Both the position numbers and the translations under genes were made by a program. Shown piece after piece: positions 16,457 through 22,726 of a stretch of 64,000 nt of DNA (positions are counted from its first letter, which is position 1; each line of letters begins with the position of its first letter). Source of the DNA: a virus; the IMG/VR virus record IMGVR_UViG_3300011008_000186, one strand, 5' to 3'. The notes under the pieces were generated by a model. That model saw only the letters and a list, made by a program, of their open reading frames with translations, had not been told where the DNA came from and ran no database searches.

Positions 16457-16661
16457 TATTCCCTAATGCTTCTATTACGGCAATCTTAGTCTCGCCGTCC
16501 ATTGGATAATAGCCGAATACGTCTATTGGGTTTGCGCAAAAGTGGAATCCGCATTTGCACATCTTTAACTTTTCTCCCTCGGCAAGTTCATATGTCTTTC
16601 CGATTTCATACTGGAAATCTCTACACGTCCAATCTTTGTTAAATGCCTTATACCCTTTCAT
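16416..16661 (-). CDS. N-terminal module usually fused to phage pentapeptide-repeat proteins (possible frameshifted single gene with 15941-16456)
   Basis: MKGYKAFNKDWTCRDFQYEIGKTYE..CGFHFCANPIDVFGYY matches, from memory, the usual N-terminus of this phage protein family. SD AGGAGG. Ends in TAG inside the overlap. Confidence 0.55.
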   Translation of the reverse strand: MKGYKAFNKDWTCRDFQYEIGKTYELAEGEKLKMCKCGFHFCANPIDVFGYYPMDGETKIAVIEALGNIEQEGTKFWWKLQ

Positions 16662-16683
16662 TTTTAATTCCTCCTAATTTTTA

Positions 16684-17523
16684 TTAATTCCAGCAATAAA
16701 TGCCTCTTTCTGTGTAAATATAATCGTTCGGAATTGTGCAGCCATTACAATATTTACAATACGTAGGATCCTGATAACACATAAGTAAATAATCATATGC
16801 GTAATCAGCAATTCCAAGACTATCCATCCAGGTTCCATATTGGGTGTCTATTTCGCCAAAAGCAGAATATAAATTTCCATACCCCCAATAGTCTTCCGTT
16901 GCACGAACCCAACAGCAACATGCGACATAATAGCTGAGCATGCTCTCTCCGTAACCTTCATAGGTTATAAGCTTAAGTGTTCTTTCAGTGTCTAAGTGAC
17001 TAATACCATACCGATCAAGCCCAAGTTCAAATACATCATCAGATGAATCGAACACAATTGGCTGATCAGGAATCTCGGCATAAGCTAAAGATTCTTGTAT
17101 ATTATTATTACTCGCGATTTTAGGGGTAATATGCGAACATAATTCGTCTATTGCTTGCTGCACTTCATCGAATCGATCACCGAGAGCTATTTTTCTTTCC
17201 TCGCCATTGCCAAAAGATCCTTGAAGCACTGCATCAATGAGTTCGTCAATAGTCATGGAAGAAATATAATCTTCCGTTTCGATTTTTACATTAACTTCTA
17301 CATCGGTTTCTTCCACAAAAGTTTCTTCCGAGTCAGATGACGATTCTGGAAATTCTTCGGCAACGGCGACTCTCGGTATCGAGGTCTCCAAAATAGTTTC
17401 GGTTGTTTCTTGAGTCGTTTCCTCGATTAGTTCATTTGAGTTATTATGCTCACTTATAAATACCAATGTTGCAGCTGAGATAATAACTACAATAATACAT
17501 ATTACTGCGTACTTTGCTTTCAT
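16684..17523 (-). CDS. Secreted or anchored cell-wall-binding protein (CW_7-like motif) with a possible cell-wall hydrolase domain
   Basis: N-terminal helix AVICIIVVIISAATLVFI. IDELIDAVLQGSFGNGEERKIALGDRFDEVQQAI resembles the Cpl-7 (CW_7) repeat. The Cys/aromatic-rich C-terminal domain is unassigned. Confidence 0.45.
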   Translation of the reverse strand: MKAKYAVICIIVVIISAATLVFISEHNNSNELIEETTQETTETILETSIPRVAVAEEFPESSSDSEETFVEETDVEVNVKIETEDYISSMTIDELIDAVLQGSFGNGEERKIALGDRFDEVQQAIDELCSHITPKIASNNNIQESLAYAEIPDQPIVFDSSDDVFELGLDRYGISHLDTERTLKLITYEGYGESMLSYYVACCCWVRATEDYWGYGNLYSAFGEIDTQYGTWMDSLGIADYAYDYLLMCYQDPTYCKYCNGCTIPNDYIYTERGIYCWN

Positions 17524-17548
17524 GTTTCATACTCCTTTAAATAAAAAT

Positions 17549-17579
17549 AAAAGAGCAGTTTAAAGTCTTGCTCAGGACT
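17549..17579 (-). promoter_or_regulatory. Conserved hairpin element (T-element), copy d
   Basis: aaaagagcagtttaaagtcttgctcaggact, directly upstream of the SD of 16684-17523. Confidence 0.6.
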
Positions 17580-17624
17580 TATACAAAGGAGTACGATTAT
17601 GGACATACTCCTTCTGATCTAATT

Positions 17625-17648
17625 AAAAAGAAGAGCCTTAGTAGGCCC
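17625..17648 (-). terminator. Weak rho-independent terminator
   Basis: GGGCC-TACTAA-GGCTC, then TTCTTTTT on the minus strand. Confidence 0.45.
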
Positions 17649-17727
17649 TTCCCTTATGCATAAACTCGATTATTGCTTTTATAATACCCCGTACTGTTTC
17701 TATTGCTAGTTCAATTCTAATCGTCAT
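17638..17727 (-). CDS. 29-aa micro-ORF
   Basis: MTIRIELAIETVRGIIKAIIEFMHKGRAY; SD AAAGGAGAATACGCCATG. Low confidence. Confidence 0.25.
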   Translation of the reverse strand: MTIRIELAIETVRGIIKAIIEFMHKGRAY

Positions 17728-17765
17728 GGCGTATTCTCCTTTCTGTAAAAAACATAATCTTGTTT

Positions 17766-17797
17766 CTGCATAATAGGACAACTAAAAATCGCGAAAA
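17766..17797 (-). promoter_or_regulatory. TTCGCGAA-type promoter-like element, copy 5 (TTCGCGAT variant)
   Basis: Minus strand TTCGCGATTTTTAGTTGTCCTATTATGCAG. Confidence 0.45.
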
Positions 17798-17818
17798 AAA
17801 AAGAGAGCCCACGCCCTC
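17794..17818 (-). terminator. Rho-independent terminator
   Basis: GAGGGC-GTGG-GCTCTC, then a T9 run on the minus strand. Confidence 0.6.
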
Positions 17819-17832
17819 TTAACTATTTGCAA

Positions 17833-18138
17833 TTAATATTCAATGACGCTTATAGTACCGTCATCGTTAATAACTGTCTGATAGTTAGAGTTCATAGACT
17901 CCTCTTTTTTGCTAACAATTTCTTTTGCTTCTTTCAAGACTTTAAGTCCATTCGTTACTCGTTTTGCGTGCCAAGGCAATAAAACTACCTCAGCGATCGT
18001 TGCTGCTGTTAGAACTGCTGCAGTCTTCTTAACTGCTTTTTCATCTGCAAGCATGTCAAACGTTTCTGCAAGATCTTCTGAGGCCTGTTTAAAATCATCC
18101 TCGGTTACTCCAAAACCTAAATATCTTTTAATGTTCAT
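17833..18138 (-). CDS. Hypothetical protein
   Basis: 101-aa ORF, SD AAAGGAGAACATTATG. Confidence 0.55.
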   Translation of the reverse strand: MNIKRYLGFGVTEDDFKQASEDLAETFDMLADEKAVKKTAAVLTAATIAEVVLLPWHAKRVTNGLKVLKEAKEIVSKKEESMNSNYQTVINDDGTISVIEY

Positions 18139-18178
18139 AATGTTCTCCTTTCATATATAAGCAAACACTAATAGTTAT

Positions 18179-18207
18179 CTTCATATAAGGAGACCAAAAT
18201 TTCGCGA
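18179..18207 (-). promoter_or_regulatory. TTCGCGAA-type promoter-like element, copy 6 (consensus)
   Basis: Minus strand TTCGCGAAATTTTGGTCTCCTTATATGAAG. Confidence 0.55.
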
Positions 18208-18216
18208 AAAAAAAAA

Positions 18217-18248
18217 AAAGAGAGCAGTTTAAAGTCTTGCTCAGGACT
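18217..18248 (-). promoter_or_regulatory. Conserved hairpin element (T-element), copy e
   Basis: agagagcagtttaaagtcttgctcaggact. A T13 run joins it to promoter-like copy 6. Confidence 0.6.
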
Positions 18249-18262
18249 TTGAATATTATTAA

Positions 18263-18577
18263 TTAACTGATATACTCCGATCTTATTTTCTGAAGCACAA
18301 TACTTAGTACTCTGTTCTCTGCCATTGTGTTTAGTTTTCTTGTGACAAATGGTGCCAAAGCAAATTGCAGAGCGTAACCAACATTAAACATCGCTTCCTC
18401 TTCATCTAAGTTTGATATAAGTTCATCAAAATCAAATGTCTCGTCATCGATCATTTGTTGTATTGCATTCTCTGCAGCTTTTGCTGCAACATCATTATCC
18501 AATAAAACTTTTATAGCATTAAACGGAGTTCCTGGTAAAAATGTTCTGATAATAAATTTTTTAATGCCCTTATTCAT
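18263..18577 (-). CDS. Hypothetical protein
   Basis: 104-aa ORF, SD AGGAGGTAATTGATATG. Confidence 0.55.
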   Translation of the reverse strand: MNKGIKKFIIRTFLPGTPFNAIKVLLDNDVAAKAAENAIQQMIDDETFDFDELISNLDEEEAMFNVGYALQFALAPFVTRKLNTMAENRVLSIVLQKIRSEYIS

Positions 18578-18607
18578 ATCAATTACCTCCTAAAATATAA
18601 TATTATT

Positions 18608-18636
18608 CTTCATATAAGGAGACTAAAATTTCGCGT
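18608..18636 (-). promoter_or_regulatory. TTCGCGAA-type promoter-like element, copy 7 (overlaps the stop of the ATPase gene)
   Basis: Minus strand AACGCGAAATTTTAGTCTCCTTATATGAAG. Confidence 0.5.
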
Positions 18637-19273
18637 TCCGATATCTTCTATCTTTTGTTTTCTTGGTCTTTAAAATATAATCTCGATACTCTTCGTAATT
18701 AGCAAAAGTAATATATTTGCCAACTGCTACATCAAGACATTTTTCACCGCGAGCAAGTTCGTATTCATTTGCTGCCGCAACAATATAAATTGCAACATTT
18801 TTATTAGTATCAATAATGGCATCGAACAATTCTTTGAGCTCGATAATGCCATCAATCGAAAAACCAGAATCTACAGAATCCATTAATATCCATATTTCCT
18901 CAATACCAATGCGAGCACGAATATTTGTACCTATCTTTTTAGCAAATAAATGTAAATTCTGTTTTATACGTTCGCCTTCTGACGACATTACTTGATCGGC
19001 GAGAAGATCGTAACGTTGAAGTTGCAAGAATTGCTGCCAATTATTTCCGCTGCCATCATGTAAATTATCATATGCTATATATAAAACATTATGCTTCTTA
19101 CATTGTTCCTCTATATTATTTAATAAAGTAGTTTTGCCAATTCCGTTGCACCCGACAAGAACAGTCAGACCGAGCTCAAATTGTATCTCTCGTTTATAGG
19201 TTGTCGAGAATCCAATATCATAAGGATCCCTCCAAGTTTTTATCAGCCCATTTAATTTTCCAAACGAGTTCAT
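18623..19273 (-). CDS. Minimal ABC/SMC-type ATPase
   Basis: Start moved to 19273 (SD AAAGGAGATCGCATAATG). Walker A GCNGIGKTT, signature-like SSEGE, Walker-B-like WILMDSVDSG. Confidence 0.6.
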   Translation of the reverse strand: MNSFGKLNGLIKTWRDPYDIGFSTTYKREIQFELGLTVLVGCNGIGKTTLLNNIEEQCKKHNVLYIAYDNLHDGSGNNWQQFLQLQRYDLLADQVMSSEGERIKQNLHLFAKKIGTNIRARIGIEEIWILMDSVDSGFSIDGIIELKELFDAIIDTNKNVAIYIVAAANEYELARGEKCLDVAVGKYITFANYEEYRDYILKTKKTKDRRYRNAKF

Positions 19274-19292
19274 TATGCGATCTCCTTTCTGC

Positions 19293-19340
19293 AAAAAAAA
19301 AATAAGAAAAGAAAAAGAGGACATCATTTCTAATGTCCTC
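19293..19340 (-). terminator. Rho-independent terminator
   Basis: GAGGACAT/ATGTCCTC 8-bp stem followed by a T-rich tract on the minus strand. Confidence 0.7.
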
Positions 19341-19351
19341 AACATTTCTAT

Positions 19352-19627
19352 TTAGTCTACTGAGTGAAACTCGATGTTCGTGAAATGCGGATCTGATGAC
19401 ATGTTAAATTCGAATTCAATTCCTGCTGCATCAAACGTCATTGATAATTTATCATCTTTTACCAACATACAATAACTACCACCATCGGGCGTCATCATTG
19501 CTACGCCGTAATTTTTCTCATTATCAATAATGTTAATTACAACATTATTGTATTCGCCGTTACTGTCAATAAATCCAGCTTCAACTAAAGATGTTCCTCT
19601 TTGTACTGAAATAAAATGTTTCTGCAT
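19352..19627 (-). CDS. Hypothetical protein
   Basis: Start moved to 19627 (SD AAAAGGAGGAAC). The longer track ORF reads through the promoter-like element. Confidence 0.55.
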   Translation of the reverse strand: MQKHFISVQRGTSLVEAGFIDSNGEYNNVVINIIDNEKNYGVAMMTPDGGSYCMLVKDDKLSMTFDAAGIEFEFNMSSDPHFTNIEFHSVD

Positions 19628-19671
19628 TGTTAAGTTCCTCCTTTTCGTTTTTACAAAATTGTTATATATCT

Positions 19672-19700
19672 TTTCATATAAGGAGACCAAAATTTCGTGA
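19672..19700 (-). promoter_or_regulatory. TTCGCGAA-type promoter-like element, copy 8 (TCACGAAA variant)
   Basis: Minus strand TCACGAAATTTTGGTCTCCTTATATGAAAAG. Confidence 0.45.
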
Positions 19701-19706
19701 GAAAAA

Positions 19707-19738
19707 CAAAAGAGCAGTTTAAAGTCTTGCTCAGGACT
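19707..19738 (-). promoter_or_regulatory. Conserved hairpin element (T-element), copy f
   Basis: aaaagagcagtttaaagtcttgctcaggact, immediately upstream of promoter-like copy 8. Confidence 0.6.
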
Positions 19739-19755
19739 ATACCGATGGTTATAAT

Positions 19756-19971
19756 TTACCAAATAGACATTAAGGTTTCTTTAATAAAAAGTGCATCTTC
19801 ATCGCCGTCTCTTATCGAGTCGTTCAACCATTCAATCGTGCAATCTCTATGTTCATCATCGGTGTTTCTTATAGCATCGATGATATCGGGATTACAAGCT
19901 TTTAAATAATTAATAAACTCTTCTTGCTCGACATTTTCGCAAATATTGTTTGCACATACAGTAATTTCCAT
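19756..19971 (-). CDS. Small acidic hypothetical protein
   Basis: Start moved to 19971 (SD GGGGAAAGGAGAAC); MEITVCANNICENVEQEEF... Confidence 0.5.
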   Translation of the reverse strand: MEITVCANNICENVEQEEFINYLKACNPDIIDAIRNTDDEHRDCTIEWLNDSIRDGDEDALFIKETLMSIW

Positions 19972-20011
19972 AATGTTCTCCTTTCCCCATTGACGCAAAT
20001 TAATATTCATC

Positions 20012-20041
20012 TTTTCATATAAGGAAACCAAAATTTCGCGA
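20012..20041 (-). promoter_or_regulatory. TTCGCGAA-type promoter-like element, copy 9
   Basis: Minus strand TTCGCGAAATTTTGGTTTCCTTATATGAAAAG. Confidence 0.55.
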
Positions 20042-20049
20042 AAAAAAAA

Positions 20050-20222
20050 TAGAGAGAAACAAGAATGGCTGGACCGCCACTTATTATGCACTTTAACCGA
20101 ATATAATTCGTAACTCCTTGCGGATATTTATTTCAAAGCTTCGGCGCCCTTACATCTTGGGGGTGCATTACCTGCCCCGAAGGCCAATTAACAGTATACA
20201 TTCCTGTATACCTGACACATTC
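20050..20222 (-). ncRNA. Candidate structured small RNA (GC-rich island without a credible ORF)
   Basis: Lies between promoter-like copy 10 and a T9 run. Contains the GTATAC-AGGAAT-GTATAC hairpin, CUUCGG...CCGAAG and GGGG...CCCC pairings (20130-20185), and a weak GUGGC-GGUCCA-GCCAU hairpin before the T-run. Only GTG or no-SD micro-ORFs are present. Confidence 0.35.
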
Positions 20223-20225
20223 TTG

Positions 20226-20253
20226 TTCGTATAAGGAGACCAAAATTTCGCGA
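20226..20253 (-). promoter_or_regulatory. TTCGCGAA-type promoter-like element, copy 10
   Basis: Minus strand CTCGCGAAATTTTGGTCTCCTTATACGAAC. Confidence 0.5.
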
Positions 20254-20283
20254 GAAAAAGAGGAGACCAAATCAGGACTCCTC
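20254..20283 (-). terminator. Rho-independent terminator
   Basis: GAGGAG...CTCCTC stem, then TTTTT on the minus strand. Confidence 0.55.
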
Positions 20284-20292
20284 TGACTACAT

Positions 20293-20418
20293 CTACTTTA
20301 TATAGTCTACTGCTTCTTTTATGCCTTCTTTGATCTCCTCTTTAGCATCTTCAATGCCTTCTCCAATTTCTTTTGCTGCATCTTTTACGCTATCAATTAT
20401 TTCTCTTAAAAATCCCAT
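20293..20418 (-). CDS. 41-aa acidic helical micro-protein
   Basis: MGFLREIIDSVKDAAKEIGEGIEDAKEEIKEGIKEAVDYIK. TAATG overlap with the upstream stop. Confidence 0.35.
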   Translation of the reverse strand: MGFLREIIDSVKDAAKEIGEGIEDAKEEIKEGIKEAVDYIK

Positions 20419-20522
20419 TATTTCTTCTCCTCTCGACGTATTAATAGATATAATGTTGCTACTGAATTAACTATGGACCCAATAGATCCAACAGTCAATC
20501 CGATTAATAAACCTAATAACAT
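20418..20522 (-). CDS. 34-aa membrane micro-protein
   Basis: MLLGLLIGLTVGSIGSIVNSVATLYLLIRREEKK with SD AAAGGAGATAGCGATATG. The track ORF 20418-20624 is longer. Confidence 0.4.
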   Translation of the reverse strand: MLLGLLIGLTVGSIGSIVNSVATLYLLIRREEKK

Positions 20523-20565
20523 ATCGCTATCTCCTTTCTTAATGGTTTTCATTATAGAGCGAGAA

Positions 20566-20973
20566 TTATTCGCGAATCTTATTGAGTATCCAGAAAAACT
20601 TCCTATATTCTTCATAGTAAACATCTCTCGAAATTGAAATATTCGTATTCATTGACAAATATGTATACGATAGACCGTAAATCACAGCTTTTAAAATATA
20701 ATCGCCATCTTCTACTTGTGCCGCTGCCCGTTCGACCATTTTCATTCGTGTCTGGTAAAAATCTCTGGCGACTGCGGTCCGTCCTGTAGGATCAGAAAAT
20801 CCGGTGCCTCTAATGCCAGATCCATCGATTATGCGTTTAGACAATCCGTCCAGACTATAATAAGCACTTTGCCATATTGGATACTGCATACAAAAATGCT
20901 TCAGCTCATAATATCGATGCTTGGGAATATAATATTTATTTTTGTATGAAATCTCTGGTCTAACCTGATTCAT
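20566..20973 (-). CDS. RinA/ArpU-like (sigma-4-like HTH) phage transcriptional regulator
   Basis: C-terminal ISISRDVYYEEYRKFFWILNKI resembles the IS.rtYYr.k.kA HTH of that family. Second gene of the leftward early operon. Confidence 0.4.
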   Translation of the reverse strand: MNQVRPEISYKNKYYIPKHRYYELKHFCMQYPIWQSAYYSLDGLSKRIIDGSGIRGTGFSDPTGRTAVARDFYQTRMKMVERAAAQVEDGDYILKAVIYGLSYTYLSMNTNISISRDVYYEEYRKFFWILNKIRE

Positions 20974-21161
20974 TTAAGCGCCCTCCTGTATTTCTCATAA
21001 AGCACTGGATCGATGAGGAATTTGCTATTCTGAGCAGTCCCCGACCGCATAGTAAATCTTTCTGCATACTCGCTGTGGAGCATTTTGTCTACTTGAGTCT
21101 TTGGATACCCTCTTTCGATCATTTCTTTTCTCGTGTACCAAACTTTTTGTTTTCCAATCAT
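20970..21161 (-). CDS. Cro/excisionase-like small DNA-binding protein
   Basis: 63-aa first gene of the leftward operon, divergent from the repressor. HTH-like YTRKEMIERGYPKTQVDKML. Confidence 0.4.
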   Translation of the reverse strand: MIGKQKVWYTRKEMIERGYPKTQVDKMLHSEYAERFTMRSGTAQNSKFLIDPVLYEKYRRALK

Positions 21162-21180
21162 TATTAATACCTCTTTTCTG

Positions 21181-21244
21181 AATATAATTAAGTTCAGCTT
21201 AATCTGTCAAGCAGCATTTTACAGATGAATTTTTTAAAAGTCAA
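21181..21244 (-). promoter_or_regulatory. Two tandem sigma-A-type leftward early promoters
   Basis: On the minus strand: TTGACA (21205-21210), 18-nt spacer, TATATT (21181-21186); and TTGACT (21239-21244), 17-nt spacer, TAAAAT (21216-21221). Confidence 0.65.
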
Positions 21245-21276
21245 GCGGATTTTAAGCAAAACTTAATCAAATTCAG

Positions 21277-21305
21277 TTGAACTTTACTAAAAAGTGGAAT
21301 ATAAT
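21277..21305 (+). promoter_or_regulatory. Sigma-A-type rightward promoter for the repressor-integrase operon
   Basis: TTGAAC (21277-21282), 17-nt spacer, TATAAT (21300-21305). SD AAAGGAGG, then GTG at 21338. Confidence 0.65.
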
Positions 21306-21337
21306 ACAGCTAAAACAAATTAAAAGGAGGCAAAAAA

Positions 21338-21676
21338 GTGAATAATGATCTATTTTCTAAACGTTTTAATCGGGCTATAAAAAGCAAAAATATAACACAG
21401 AAAGAATTAGCTAAATTGACGAATTTATCTCCTGCAGCGATCAATCAGTATGTTAAAGGAATATATCAGCCAAATCGGGAGAATCTTAAAAAAATAGCAA
21501 ATGCTCTTGAGGTTGATATTGTATGGCTGCAAGGATACGACAAAGACGAAATACCGCCAAACGGGGAAAAATTTAAAAGAGTAATAGAAATTTGCGATCA
21601 GTTAAATGCAACAGGGCTTGATCGTCTAATTGAATATGGAAAAGACATTCTCGGAAAATACGGAAAGGAGCAATAA
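21338..21676 (+). CDS. cI-like XRE-family repressor
   Basis: ITQKELAKLTNLSPAAINQYVKG HTH. Divergent from the early operon and co-oriented with the integrase. Confidence 0.85.
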   Translation: MNNDLFSKRFNRAIKSKNITQKELAKLTNLSPAAINQYVKGIYQPNRENLKKIANALEVDIVWLQGYDKDEIPPNGEKFKRVIEICDQLNATGLDRLIEYGKDILGKYGKEQ

Positions 21677-22726
21677 ATGGCCAAATATAGTAAATATATA
21701 ACATTAGGGTATAATTCGGACGGAAACCGTGTAAGGAAACGAGCTTACGGCAACACAAAAATCGAATTGGAATCAAATATAGCCAGGTTAAAAAGAGAAT
21801 ATCTTGAATCGATTGCCAATAATCACGTAACGTTTAAAAAGTATGCACAAACTTGGCTCAACACATATAAAAAAGGGACCTCGCCGAGAACTTATGATAT
21901 GTATGATCAGTTATTGAAGAAGTGCAAAGAGCTCGATCCGTTCGAAATGATGGAGATCAAACGATCCGATATACAAAATCTGATGAATGATTTAATAGAT
22001 AGACCGAATCTGCATAACAAAGTATTAATGTGCCTTAATCAGGTGTTTGAGTCGGCAATAATGGACGAAATCGTTCGAATTAATCCGGTAAAAGGAATAT
22101 CAAAGCAAAAAACAATAGTAAAAGAAAAACGTGCGTTGACAACAAACGAGAAAAGAATACTAGCAACTATCAACTTCGAGCCGAAAGAACAGATGTTTAT
22201 TGATCTGCTTCTCAATTTTGGATTACGTCCTGGAGAAGCACTTGCGTTAACAAAAGATGACTTCGATTTCGCAAATAATACATTGACCATCAGCAAGGCG
22301 ATTACTTTCGTTACTAATGATCCTATATTAAAGGGTACAAAAACCGGGACAGTTAGAACGCTTCCCATCCCGGCTTCATTAGTACCCAAAACGAAACAAT
22401 ACCTTGACGAATCTGAAAATATACTTTTTGACATGCAAAAACAAGGAGACTATGGATATATGACAAAAATGGCCTACCGAATATTCAAAAATGAAATATT
22501 CGAGAAAATTAATATTGCATTAGGAGGTAACAATAATAATGACAAGTTAAACGGTATGACTTTTTATACTTTCCGACATAACAAAGCTACTGCTTTATAC
22601 TATGTGGATGGGTTGAGTTTAAAAGCCAAGGCGGAGTATATGGGTCATTCGGTAAGCATGCTTCTTAAAATATATTCTCATATTGACAAGGAAAAGGAAA
22701 ATAGCGAAAAATATAATGTGATTTAA
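21677..22726 (+). CDS. int: Tyrosine integrase
   Basis: LRPGEALAL (Arg), FYTFRHNKAT (His-x-x-Arg), GHS..LLKIYSH (His, Tyr). N-terminal SAM-like domain. Confidence 0.95.
   Translation: MAKYSKYITLGYNSDGNRVRKRAYGNTKIELESNIARLKREYLESIANNHVTFKKYAQTWLNTYKKGTSPRTYDMYDQLLKKCKELDPFEMMEIKRSDIQNLMNDLIDRPNLHNKVLMCLNQVFESAIMDEIVRINPVKGISKQKTIVKEKRALTTNEKRILATINFEPKEQMFIDLLLNFGLRPGEALALTKDDFDFANNTLTISKAITFVTNDPILKGTKTGTVRTLPIPASLVPKTKQYLDESENILFDMQKQGDYGYMTKMAYRIFKNEIFEKINIALGGNNNNDKLNGMTFYTFRHNKATALYYVDGLSLKAKAEYMGHSVSMLLKIYSHIDKEKENSEKYNVI

Noticed and set aside
16129-16489. Track ORFs 16129-16434(-) and 16226-16489(+), with TAET/VAVS repeats.
   Set aside because: They are alternative-frame and antisense readings of the 15-nt tandem repeat that encodes the NSGxx pentapeptide array. 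They have no SD.
18623-20091. Long N-terminal extensions of track ORFs 18623-19345, 19352-19762 and 19756-20091.
   Set aside because: The extensions read through terminators (19293-19340) or, for 19352-19762 and 19756-20091, through the conserved promoter-like and hairpin elements, giving the shared peptide EILVSLYEK. Internal ATGs with strong SDs give the real starts.
8007-20253. The recurring ~30-bp elements might be a CRISPR array or a mini-array.
   Set aside because: There are two different element families, spacing is irregular (0.3-5 kb), and the intervening DNA is protein-coding. Each element sits at a gene boundary in a fixed orientation.
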